DNA of 62,721 nucleotides, filler included, from Sanchytrium tribonematis (Eukaryota): NCBI GenBank assembly GCA_018985235.1. It is 11 parts of 11 records of this genome, joined end to end, with 100 filler letters (N's around TTAATTAATTAA, not from the genome) between each part and the next. Parts side by side here need not be neighbours in the genome. Positions count along the whole stretch, not along the records: positions 1 to 3,873 come from JADGIG010000787.1; positions 3,974 to 27,203 come from JADGIG010000077.1; 9 more parts are not named here. One strand, 5' to 3'. The first letter of the stretch is position 1, and each line of letters opens with the position of its first letter. The position numbers were made by a program, and so were the translations under genes. Positions 1-8,773 of the stretch are shown in pieces. The notes beneath the pieces are model-generated. The model worked only from the letters and a program-made list of their open reading frames with translations, searched no databases and was not told where the DNA came from.

Positions 1-137
1 GGACAGTCTAAAGGACCCACATGTACTGATGCCTCATGAGACCTTCTAGCATAGCGACTGGAAAATAATTTACCGCATGTACCGCATACATTGTCTTTTT
101 CTTTGTCTAGAGGGTTTAACAAGCTTCCGATATTCAT
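1..137 (-). CDS. C2H2 zinc-finger protein, 5' part (runs off the window start; not in the ORF track)
   Basis: Manual translation of the reverse strand from ATG at 137: MNIGSLLNPLDKEKDNV-CGTCGKLFSSRYARRSHEASVH-VGPLDCP, i.e. C-x2-C-x3-F-x8-H-x4-H followed by the probable start of a second finger. Confidence 0.75.
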   Translation of the reverse strand, partial: MNIGSLLNPLDKEKDNVCGTCGKLFSSRYARRSHEASVHVGPLDC

Positions 138-503
138 AGAAAGGGTAGAGATTCGAGAAAGTGGCTTGACCGTTTTTCTTTTTCTACGATTGGAGGAAAA
201 TGAGACGTAATCTTTCTTGAAAATACGTAGAAGAGTCCCTATAAAGTCCAAAATCAACACATTTGAATATCAAGCAAATCAAAAAGAGTTTAAATAAACA
301 AAATGAAGATCTTAGTACTATACCTGTTATTCACGGGCAACGAAAGCGATGAAAGATAGTTTTTTACCATTCACTTCATCTCTAAAATCACTTCTTAGTT
401 TTTGTTTTGTTTTTTTCAGAACTTTCTAATTGTTTACCAATCAAAGAGGCCAAAAACGAATATAAATAAAAAAACAGAAATTTTGCTTCCCAAAGCAAGA
501 GAG

Positions 504-959
504 ATGCCCAGACAATCAAATTTGATACCAATGCAAAGACAGCATCTACCGGACCAGTACATTTACCAATCTGCAATGTTTTATCAACATCCTGCAGTTT
601 ATTTCATACCAAACCATGTTTATGTCCCAAAACCCATTCAATATGTTCCCATCTTACCCAAACAAAAAGCTGATGCCATTGTTAGTGAAAGGGTACAAGT
701 TAAAAAAGATTTAAACATTTCTACTGAGTCTTCCCCGCCAAAAACGGATTTTCAAATTAAGACAGATTTCCCAGCAACTAAGATGCTCTCACCCATTAGA
801 AGTTCAACTTCTTACTTCCCTCTTTCTCCCAAATCACCCGGTAGTCCTGATTTCCTCAGAGGACTTTCACCAATGCTTTTGGCGCACAAAAGAGAATTTG
901 ATGATTTGGATGACGATGAAGATTTGACAGAAAAAAGAAAGAAATTAGATGTCGATTAA
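504..959 (+). CDS. Hypothetical Pro/Ser-rich protein (about 151 aa from the first in-frame ATG, MPRQSNL)
   Basis: Open frame, SP-rich, basic C-terminal KRKK; no recognisable domain. Confidence 0.5.
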   Translation: MPRQSNLIPMQRQHLPDQYIYQSAMFYQHPAVYFIPNHVYVPKPIQYVPILPKQKADAIVSERVQVKKDLNISTESSPPKTDFQIKTDFPATKMLSPIRSSTSYFPLSPKSPGSPDFLRGLSPMLLAHKREFDDLDDDEDLTEKRKKLDVD

Positions 960-964
960 GTAAA

Positions 965-1276
965 TCAATTTACTTTAGCTAAGATCTCGCTATCACGAAC
1001 AATTACAAACTCTTCATTGTCGACTTTAATGGTGTTTCCAGTAAAATTTGGCAAAACAACTTTGTCACCAACTTTAACACTAACTGGTAAAGTCTTTCCC
1101 TCTTTGTTCATCATACCAGGTCCACATGCAAGTACTTCTCCTCTATTTAATGCTTCCTGTGCTTTTTCAGGAATTAAGATGCCAGATTTGGTCTTTTCTT
1201 GCGGTTTGATTCTTTGTACTAAGATACGGTCTAACAATGGAACAATCTTTTTGGCTGCAGTAGAAGCTACGCTCAT
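965..1276 (-). CDS. HSP10: Mitochondrial co-chaperonin Hsp10 (GroES family)
   Basis: PLLDRILV, KTKSGILIPE, VKVGDKV and RDSEILA motifs; start taken at MSVASTAAKK. Confidence 0.95.
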   Translation of the reverse strand: MSVASTAAKKIVPLLDRILVQRIKPQEKTKSGILIPEKAQEALNRGEVLACGPGMMNKEGKTLPVSVKVGDKVVLPNFTGNTIKVDNEEFVIVRDSEILAKVN

Positions 1277-1319
1277 AATTTCAAGGAGTATAACTTCGAT
1301 TCGTTGTTGTATCCCCATC

Positions 1320-1334
1320 CCTCTAGAAACTTCG
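1320..1334. promoter_or_regulatory. Heat-shock element in the HSP10/HSP60 bidirectional promoter
   Basis: cCTCt-aGAAa-cTTCg: two perfect and one near-perfect alternating nGAAn pentamers, centred between the two start codons. Confidence 0.55.
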
Positions 1335-1371
1335 ATGTCGAATGAAACCAAATTGTACAAAAAAGAAGGAG

Positions 1372-3033
1372 ATGAGACGATTCGCTAGATTCAGTCATAA
1401 AGAAATCGTATTTAGTACCGATGCAAGAGACAAACTGTCCAAAGGTATCCGCAAATTGAGTCGTGCAGTAGCAGTTACTTTAGGACCTAAAGGAAGAAAT
1501 GTATTGATTGAGCAATCATTCGGATCCCCTAAAATCACCAAAGATGGTGTCACTGTCGCCAAAGCAGTCGTATTAGAAGACAAATTCGAGAATCTAGGTG
1601 CTAAACTAGTCCAAGATGTCGCAAACAAAACAAATGAAGCAGCTGGAGATGGAACCACTACAGCAACCGTATTAGCAGAAGCAATCTTCAATGAAGCACT
1701 TAAGAATGTTGCAGCTGGTTGTAATCCAACTGATTTACGTAAAGGTGTCCAAATTGCAGTTGAAAAAGTCATTCAATTCATCAAATCAAATGCAAAACAA
1801 GTCACTACTCCTGAGCAAATTGAACAAGTAGCAACCATCTCTGCCAATGGAGACAATGAAGTCGGTAAATTAATTGCTAAAGCAATGGAAAAAGTAGGGA
1901 AAGAAGGTGTCATTACTGTTCAAGAAGGTAAAACCATTACAGATGAAATTGAAATCACAGAAGGTATGAAATTCGATAGAGGTTATATTTCCCCATATTT
2001 CGTCACTGATGCTAAATCTGCCAAAGTAGAATATGAAAATCCATTCATTTTACTCACAGATAAGAAAATCTCTGCTTTAGTGGATATTTTACCAGCTTTA
2101 GAAATTGCAGCTAATAGTCGTCGTCCATTGTTGATTATGGCTGAAGATGTTGAGGGTGAAGCACTTGCAGCATGTATTTTGAACAAATTAAGAGGACAAG
2201 TCAATGTAGCAGCTGTCAAAGCACCTGGATTTGGAGACAACCGAAAAGCCATTTTAGAAGATTTGGCAGTATTAACAAAAGGAACCGTCTTCAATGATGA
2301 TATTGGCATGAAATTAGAGAAATTAACTCAATCTGATTTGGGTAATTGTGGCAATATCACCATTACTAAAGATGACACCATCATTTTAAATGGAAAAGGA
2401 GAAACACAAGATATTCACGGTAGATGTGAACAAATCAAATCACAAATTGATGAAACCACTTCAGAATATGAAAAAGAGAAATTACAAGAAAGATTGGCTA
2501 AATTGAGTGGCGGTGTTGCTGTCATCAAAGTAGGTGGATCTAGTGAAGTAGAAGTAGGTGAGAAGAAAGACAGATATGTAGATGCATTAAATGCAACAAA
2601 AGCAGCTGTAGAAGAAGGTATTTTGCCAGGTGGCGGTACTGCATTATTAAAAGCATCTAAAATCTTGGATAGTTTGAAATTGACTGTGTTTGACCAACAA
2701 TTAGGCGTTGATATTGTCAAGAGAGCATTACGCGCACCAGCAACGACTATTGTCAATAATGCTGGCACAGAAGCAAAAGGAGAATACGTGGTTGGTAAAT
2801 TATTAGATATGGACCAATTTGAGATGGGATATGATGCTGCTAATGGTGAATACGTAGATATGATCAAAAGTGGTATTGTAGATCCATTAAAAGTAACTAG
2901 AACTGCACTGCAAGATGCAAGTGGAGTTGCTTCATTATTGGCTACTTCTGAATGTTTAATTGTTGATGCACCTAAACCAGAATCAAGTGGACCACCAATG
3001 GGAGGTATGCCTGGTATGGGAGGCATGATGTAA
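1372..3033 (+). CDS. HSP60: Mitochondrial chaperonin Hsp60 (GroEL family)
   Basis: [30 protein letters not shown]-terminal GGM repeats; short Arg-rich presequence MRRFARFS. Confidence 0.97.
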   Translation: MRRFARFSHKEIVFSTDARDKLSKGIRKLSRAVAVTLGPKGRNVLIEQSFGSPKITKDGVTVAKAVVLEDKFENLGAKLVQDVANKTNEAAGDGTTTATVLAEAIFNEALKNVAAGCNPTDLRKGVQIAVEKVIQFIKSNAKQVTTPEQIEQVATISANGDNEVGKLIAKAMEKVGKEGVITVQEGKTITDEIEITEGMKFDRGYISPYFVTDAKSAKVEYENPFILLTDKKISALVDILPALEIAANSRRPLLIMAEDVEGEALAACILNKLRGQVNVAAVKAPGFGDNRKAILEDLAVLTKGTVFNDDIGMKLEKLTQSDLGNCGNITITKDDTIILNGKGETQDIHGRCEQIKSQIDETTSEYEKEKLQERLAKLSGGVAVIKVGGSSEVEVGEKKDRYVDALNATKAAVEEGILPGGGTALLKASKILDSLKLTVFDQQLGVDIVKRALRAPATTIVNNAGTEAKGEYVVGKLLDMDQFEMGYDAANGEYVDMIKSGIVDPLKVTRTALQDASGVASLLATSECLIVDAPKPESSGPPMGGMPGMGGMM

Positions 3034-3069
3034 GATTGAATAAATGCCAAATTTGAATTTTATTTTGCG

Positions 3070-3561
3070 ATGAAACAAAGTTTGTCTATTACTATTTCTA
3101 AAGAATCCAATATCAATCAATTAAAATCCAAGGAAGTACATCATATAATGCAGAAAGGCATCAATTTTTATCAAGAATTATATCCAGAAGGTGGTAATGC
3201 ATCAGAATATCTCACGAATATGGATGAATTGATTTCAAAAAATGCATCTATTTATGTTGCTAAATCAAATCAAAGCATTATTGGAATGGGTGCAGTAATT
3301 TATTATGATGGATATGCAGAATTTAAGAGATTATATGTAGATCCATCGATGCGTGGACATGGAATTGGTAAATCCATCTTTTTAGCACTTGAAAATGATG
3401 TCAAATTCAATCAATGCAATAAAATATGCTTAGAAACTGGTATAAGACAATTAAAAGCCATTAAATTGTATAAATCATTAGGATATACTGAAGTAGAGCC
3501 ATATGGAGACCATGAAGCATATTCACTTTGTATATTTCTTAGTAAATCATTGAAATTTTAG
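3070..3561 (+). CDS. GNAT-family N-acetyltransferase
   Basis: AEFKRLYVDPSMRGHGIG (acetyl-CoA motif A), LETGIRQLKAIKLYKSLGY (motif B). Confidence 0.9.
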   Translation: MKQSLSITISKESNINQLKSKEVHHIMQKGINFYQELYPEGGNASEYLTNMDELISKNASIYVAKSNQSIIGMGAVIYYDGYAEFKRLYVDPSMRGHGIGKSIFLALENDVKFNQCNKICLETGIRQLKAIKLYKSLGYTEVEPYGDHEAYSLCIFLSKSLKF

Positions 3562-3614
3562 TCAATTCTTATCGTCCCCTTTTGCAAATCTGATTGACAA
3601 ATCTGTGAGACCAC

Positions 3615-3873
3615 ATGAAACCAGTCATTGTCAAATCCAACTGTCTCGCAGAATTGCATTCAAATGGGGTCAAAGACATTATTCAACAGGGAGATGATTT
3701 CCATATTCTAACATATCCAGAAGCAGGTGATCCATCCACATATTTAACTAGTATGGAAGAATTGATTAACGAGAAAGCATCCATATTTATTGCATATAAT
3801 GATAAACGAGTAGTAGGCATGGGCGCGGTAGTGTATTATGATGGATATGTCGAATATAAGAGACTATTTGTGG
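3615..3873 (+). CDS. Second GNAT acetyltransferase, tandem paralog, truncated by contig end
   Basis: YPE.G..S.YLT.M.ELI and GMGAV.YYDGY.E.KRL shared with 3070..3561. Confidence 0.85.
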
Positions 3874-3973
3874 NNNNNNNNNNNNNNNNNNNNNNNNNNN
3901 NNNNNNNNNNNNNNNNNTTAATTAATTAANNNNNNNNNNNNNNNNNNNNNNNNNNNNNNNNNNNNNNNNNNNN
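3874..3973. other. Artificial contig linker
   Basis: N44-TTAATTAATTAA-N44 (six-frame stop cassette). Confidence 0.98.
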
Positions 3974-5305
3974 TTTTTAAAAATGATTCAAGGAGACCTG
4001 GATGGCTATGAGCCTTACAATGGAGATACAGAGGCAGAGCTCTCCTTAAATCTGAAAAATGCAGTGACTGAATATATAGGCACAATACCTATGCACATGA
4101 AAGAAAAGTTCAGAGTAAAATACAAATTGAGAGAAAAGAAAACCTTATGCCAGTTTGATGTTATTCCCTTTGATATGCCAGCAGCTTCTTTAAATTATGG
4201 TGAGACATTAGCTAAAAAGGTTGGAATGCGCGTTTTCTTCGGAAGATTTATGGAAAAAGTTGCCGTTTGTAGCGCATTTAAGACAGTTGGTGTCGTATCA
4301 TTAGTTAATGATTTGATGTCTACTGTATTAATTAGGCAAACTGATTTGCAGTACCTGAAAACGGAAGTTATTCCGCCAAGTTTAATCCAACAAGCTAGAA
4401 TTTTAGTCAGCAATAGGGAAATTAAAAACGCAAAAGTTGTGGACAATGCCTCGGGTAAGTTACTTGTTTGTGAAGTCATAAAATCCGTAAAAGTTGATGG
4501 TAAAAGGGTTAAATCTGCTGTCAGTACGAAATTTAATTTAAGTCAACATTATAATCCCAGCATTATGTTTTCAAACTTTAAACATATCAAAAAAGTCTTG
4601 GGCAAATTGACTACTTATCTAGAAAATGACCAATTTGCATCTGTAGCACAGTGCTGCTATGAACTAGCCCGGTATGAGCAATATATAGATCATGATTGGA
4701 TATTATTTGTAAATCAGATGACTGTAAATGATTTATTGCCATCCAATTATGATAGCTGGAATGATCTTTCATTGTCTTTTCGAAAGTCTTTGGGAACTTT
4801 TGAATTATTATCGTCACAAGAAGAAATTTCAATGAATTGGCTAGAAGTGGTGAAAATGTTTGCTCCTGAGATTCTTGACATTCCTGCAGAAGACCTCAAA
4901 TTTCAATTTATAGAAGCGACTCCTTTTCATGGAATACCAGATGTTGTCTGTCAAAATGGTGACTCAGTGGAAATTATTGATTTGAAATGCTGTGAGAGCG
5001 AGGAAGATGTTTATGTTGTAGATCATATTTTACAAGTGTTATTTTATACCGTCATGTATCATAAAAAAGTCAAGAAGAGTCGACCAGAGGTGGTTGTCGT
5101 TCACCTGTATAGCATACGTACTATGAAATGTTATTCTTATAGCTTTTCTTATAACGAGGCCTACAATATTGTAAAGGAATCATTACAGTGTGCATTTGAC
5201 ACAATTAAAGAATGGCTTAAATCTGAAGCCAAAGACAGAAAATTGGAGACATTTTCCAAATTGGATATTGGCTACGTCAATGATGTTTTATTGAAAGAAG
5301 AGTAA
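3974..5305 (+). CDS. Protein with C-terminal RecB/Cas4-like PD-(D/E)XK nuclease domain; frame open to the contig start, so probably 5'-truncated
   Basis: HGIPD-x10-IIDLKC-x10-HILQVLFY (PD...D-x-K and Q-x3-Y motifs); codons ttt tta aaa precede the ATG at 3983 with no stop. Confidence 0.65.
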   Translation, partial: FLKMIQGDLDGYEPYNGDTEAELSLNLKNAVTEYIGTIPMHMKEKFRVKYKLREKKTLCQFDVIPFDMPAASLNYGETLAKKVGMRVFFGRFMEKVAVCSAFKTVGVVSLVNDLMSTVLIRQTDLQYLKTEVIPPSLIQQARILVSNREIKNAKVVDNASGKLLVCEVIKSVKVDGKRVKSAVSTKFNLSQHYNPSIMFSNFKHIKKVLGKLTTYLENDQFASVAQCCYELARYEQYIDHDWILFVNQMTVNDLLPSNYDSWNDLSLSFRKSLGTFELLSSQEEISMNWLEVVKMFAPEILDIPAEDLKFQFIEATPFHGIPDVVCQNGDSVEIIDLKCCESEEDVYVVDHILQVLFYTVMYHKKVKKSRPEVVVVHLYSIRTMKCYSYSFSYNEAYNIVKESLQCAFDTIKEWLKSEAKDRKLETFSKLDIGYVNDVLLKEE

Positions 5306-5344
5306 ATTATTAATTTTTTTGCATCCTTGAAATTTTTCAAACAA

Positions 5345-6364
5345 ATGACAAAACAGAAACAACAAAAACAACAAAAAGCCAAGAAAGTGGCTCCAAAAGT
5401 TGCCTCTCAATTGCCCTTCTTTTCTCATTTAGAAGCACCAATATTGCCGTTGGTGGATAAGAGCATAAATCCTATAATACAGCGAATCGGAATATTGATG
5501 GCAAAATATCAAATTATTGGAAGCAACGCTAGAACAATTGCAATATTAAATGGTATACTAGAGTGGATAAATACAGCTGAAAAATCGCAGCTCACTTCAT
5601 CACTTAATCACCAAATTAATTTTATTAATTCTTGCAGGCCACTTGGCGTCAGTGTTGGAAATACTGTTAGATTTATTAAAAATGTAGTTACAAAGCACGC
5701 TAAACTACACAGCAAATCAGAAATTATAGAAAGTATCACAAATTACAAAGAAAATAGAATTTATAAATCAATGGATCATATTTCAATGCAAATGCAGCCT
5801 TACTTCAAAGAGGAGGATTTATTTTTGGTATATGGTAAATCATCCACTGTTCTCAAGGTGTTAAATTATAACAAAAACAAAAGATTTAAGGTTTTGATTG
5901 TCAACTCAGAACCACTCAATGAGGGTCAAATTATGAAGAAACATTTGGACGATTGTGGCATAATTAATGAAATTATTGATGTGAGCTCAATCTCTTCCAT
6001 CATTACAATGGTTTCCAAAGTGCTTTTGGGAGCTCATGCGATGCTTTCCAATGGATCATTGATATCAAGAATTGGAACTGGAATTGTTGCATCAACTGCT
6101 AAACTTTACAATATTCCCGTAATTGTATGTTGCGAAACGCACAAGTTTTCTGATCGGATTTATATGGATGGCACTTCTTGGAACGAACTCGGTACGGAGC
6201 CCGTCAATCTTGACAAGAAATCTTTTTTAATGGTAAATCCAATGTATGACATTGTCCCTGCTCACTTTTTAAGCATGATATGCTGCGATATTGGATGCAT
6301 TCCACCCACTAGCATTCCTGTGGCGTTGAGAGAAGATCGTCAAATGATGAATCAATACGAATAA
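5345..6364 (+). CDS. GCD2: Translation initiation factor eIF2B delta subunit
   Basis: IIGSNART, CRPLGVSVGN, VLLGAHAMLSNG, SRIGT, VCCETHKFSDR, CIPPTSIPV. Confidence 0.92.
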   Translation: MTKQKQQKQQKAKKVAPKVASQLPFFSHLEAPILPLVDKSINPIIQRIGILMAKYQIIGSNARTIAILNGILEWINTAEKSQLTSSLNHQINFINSCRPLGVSVGNTVRFIKNVVTKHAKLHSKSEIIESITNYKENRIYKSMDHISMQMQPYFKEEDLFLVYGKSSTVLKVLNYNKNKRFKVLIVNSEPLNEGQIMKKHLDDCGIINEIIDVSSISSIITMVSKVLLGAHAMLSNGSLISRIGTGIVASTAKLYNIPVIVCCETHKFSDRIYMDGTSWNELGTEPVNLDKKSFLMVNPMYDIVPAHFLSMICCDIGCIPPTSIPVALREDRQMMNQYE

Positions 6365-6390
6365 ATTACACTTTAGAAATTCCCCTTTTC

Positions 6391-7401
6391 ATGCATGAAA
6401 ACAAACTTTCCGTTGAAAAGCGAGCCATGCTAGAAATTGATCAGCTTTTGCATGAATTGGATGGCAAGGCTGAAAAATATTATCAGAAATACATCAAAGC
6501 GGCTAGACAGCAACTAAAGAAGATGGAAATCGAAAAATCAAATGAGCTGGTACTTCAAATCAAACAAGCTCACAACTTCGAATTGCCAGATTTATCTCAA
6601 AGATTAGAATTAGATAACTTTCCGATATTCAATATAGACTACAAACCTACCCAATTTGAGCATTTTGATCAAAAATGGTTAAGTGAAATGCCACAATTGA
6701 TTAAATACTTAAGTGTTGAAATAGAAAAATCGGAGCAACAATTGATCAAAATCGGGATAAGCCCAGAATCTGTCTGGGAAGAACACGAACTTGTCGGAAA
6801 AATGGATTTGTCGGAAAATATTTGTGATGTAGGCTCCACAGAACTGCAAGAACTGGAGAAAACCCTTAAAAATCTCAAGTTAGATGCCGCATCAAAAGTG
6901 GAACTACTAAACTGTCAATTGCAAACAATAAATGATACCCAGAGACAAATTAAAAAATGTAGCGGCAAATTAAATAGGCAAATTGAAGAATTGAATTTAA
7001 TAAGCGAAAAAAACTATGAATACATCAGAGAAAACGACTTGAGTTTCCTTTTGGAAAACAATGGCATTAAATTGCTCGAAGAGGATGAAAATAGATTACT
7101 ATTTGAGAAACAGTTGCAAGATATACTAAAAATATTAAATTTAAATCCCTTCAGTAGCAAGAATGAGTTGCTAGCTGCATTGGAATACGATGAAAATGAT
7201 CCGCTACTGGATTTCGATCCCGAAGAATTATCTCATTGCGTAAATTATGAAGATTTTGTAAATAACGTGAATGATTATAATGAGAATGCCAAAGAAATTT
7301 TGAATTCTAGAAGAATCCAAGAATCAAACATTGATGAGAATATCGCAGCCATAGAATTTGAAATTGAAGAGTTAAAAAGAATCAGGTCAATCACGAAATA
7401 A
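6391..7401 (+). CDS. Hypothetical coiled-coil protein (336 aa)
   Basis: Long E/L/K/N-rich ORF that fills the gap between two genes. Confidence 0.7.
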   Translation: MHENKLSVEKRAMLEIDQLLHELDGKAEKYYQKYIKAARQQLKKMEIEKSNELVLQIKQAHNFELPDLSQRLELDNFPIFNIDYKPTQFEHFDQKWLSEMPQLIKYLSVEIEKSEQQLIKIGISPESVWEEHELVGKMDLSENICDVGSTELQELEKTLKNLKLDAASKVELLNCQLQTINDTQRQIKKCSGKLNRQIEELNLISEKNYEYIRENDLSFLLENNGIKLLEEDENRLLFEKQLQDILKILNLNPFSSKNELLAALEYDENDPLLDFDPEELSHCVNYEDFVNNVNDYNENAKEILNSRRIQESNIDENIAAIEFEIEELKRIRSITK

Positions 7402-7404
7402 TGT

Positions 7405-7695
7405 TTACTCCAAAGCATTCAATGCTGCAGTTTTTTCTTCACAATCTGCTGCAGACTCCAATAAAGATTTTAACTCTGTCTCTGCCTTTTCTAATCTTTT
7501 TTGAGTGTCTTGAATCATAGTTCTAGATTCATCCACAATTTCTTTTTGTTTTCGCAATTCACTATCTTGCAGACCAGCTAGCTTTGATTCATTATCTTTC
7601 AACTCATCAGAGTAGTATTTCAACTCCTTTTTCAATCTTTTGACACTTCCCGTGGTAATTTTTAATTTTTTGAAATCAGTTGTTTGTTGTAACAT
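7405..7695 (-). CDS. TBCA: Tubulin-specific chaperone A (Rbl2/TBCA)
   Basis: LKITTGSVKRLKKELKYY, RKQKEIVDESRTMIQD; start at MLQQ (7695). Confidence 0.85.
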   Translation of the reverse strand: MLQQTTDFKKLKITTGSVKRLKKELKYYSDELKDNESKLAGLQDSELRKQKEIVDESRTMIQDTQKRLEKAETELKSLLESAADCEEKTAALNALE

Positions 7696-7727
7696 TTCTG
7701 TTTCAAATTTTGAAATTGACAATTAAT

Positions 7728-8723
7728 TTATTGCTTGACGTACATAAGCATATACGCTTCATTCCTCTTATTGTTGAGTGCTTCTTGTTGGGATATCTTA
7801 AAAACATTGGTATCGTCAACAATTATCCATGATTTGAGTTTAGAATCCTCAATTGCACAGGTATAGTGCCCACTGTCCAATGTAGCGCCATTGTGGTATA
7901 TAATCGCATACAAGTCATATCTGATATAAGATTGCTCATCATCAACAGTAATAGGAACAGATAAAGTTTTGGGATAAATTGCATTTTTAGTAGATTTGCA
8001 TAGACCTCGTTCTTTGTGATAATAAAAACGCTTCAATTGAATTGTTAAAATGTTGGGCAAAGAGTTGAAGTATGGTTTTTTAAATTCCCGTGTAGCTCGT
8101 AATGTGTATTCCGAAATTACTTTCTGAACAGGATCAAACAATTCAATGGAGAGGAATAGGAAAGGTTCAAATGATTTTGTGGTTAGTTTTCCTTTTTTGG
8201 TAATCAGATTACATAGTTGACCATAAAATACTAAAAATGGCGATTGATGTAGGGAGTAATTGCGAGTTTTAACAACTTGATTTTTATAACCAACTTCTAA
8301 CCAGCTTGAGTCTTCTTCCTCGTTTTTAGCTTCGATGTTATTATCTTCGTTTTTCAGATTTTCATGTAGCATATCTATAATCATATGGAAACATTCAGTG
8401 ACGTCTTGTTGTTGCTTCAAAAAATTAGAATGATGGCTTTCCATTATTGAGTGAAAATTGGTTGGAAAAAATGGCTTTTCATTGGAGTAAAGTAGTTTTT
8501 TAAAATTTTCCATTTCAGCGCAAAAGGGATGATCAATATCCCAACTAAAATTAGGAATCGTGGCTAAAACCTGTAATACAATATGAAAAAAACAATCATT
8601 CTTAGTATTGATTAATCCTGCTCTTTGAATTTCTTTAATTGGCTGTATTTGAATTGCTTGTGGAGTTCTTTTCACTCCATTTTTATCCCCAACGTTTTTT
8701 GCAACCATCGATGCCCATGACAT
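7728..8723 (-). CDS. Ubiquitin-specific protease, Ubp3/USP10-like
   Basis: Cys box GLINTKNDCF, QQQD, LTIQLKRF, His box HNG..LDSGHY, DD; N-terminal SWAS motif. Confidence 0.85.
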   Translation of the reverse strand: MSWASMVAKNVGDKNGVKRTPQAIQIQPIKEIQRAGLINTKNDCFFHIVLQVLATIPNFSWDIDHPFCAEMENFKKLLYSNEKPFFPTNFHSIMESHHSNFLKQQQDVTECFHMIIDMLHENLKNEDNNIEAKNEEEDSSWLEVGYKNQVVKTRNYSLHQSPFLVFYGQLCNLITKKGKLTTKSFEPFLFLSIELFDPVQKVISEYTLRATREFKKPYFNSLPNILTIQLKRFYYHKERGLCKSTKNAIYPKTLSVPITVDDEQSYIRYDLYAIIYHNGATLDSGHYTCAIEDSKLKSWIIVDDTNVFKISQQEALNNKRNEAYMLMYVKQ

Positions 8724-8773
8724 TTCGTTTCAAAATGGAGGTTGAAAATGTAAAATATGTATTATTTATTATA

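Noticed and set aside
1017..3050. Antisense ORFs over HSP10/HSP60, and similar ones over Dicer, GLR1, HIBADH and TOP3A
   Set aside because: Shadow frames of conserved genes with no motifs of their own
3918..3929. TTAATTAATTAA recurring ten times as a possible repeat or CRISPR-like array
   Set aside because: Always centred in identical N44 flanks; a synthetic six-frame stop linker
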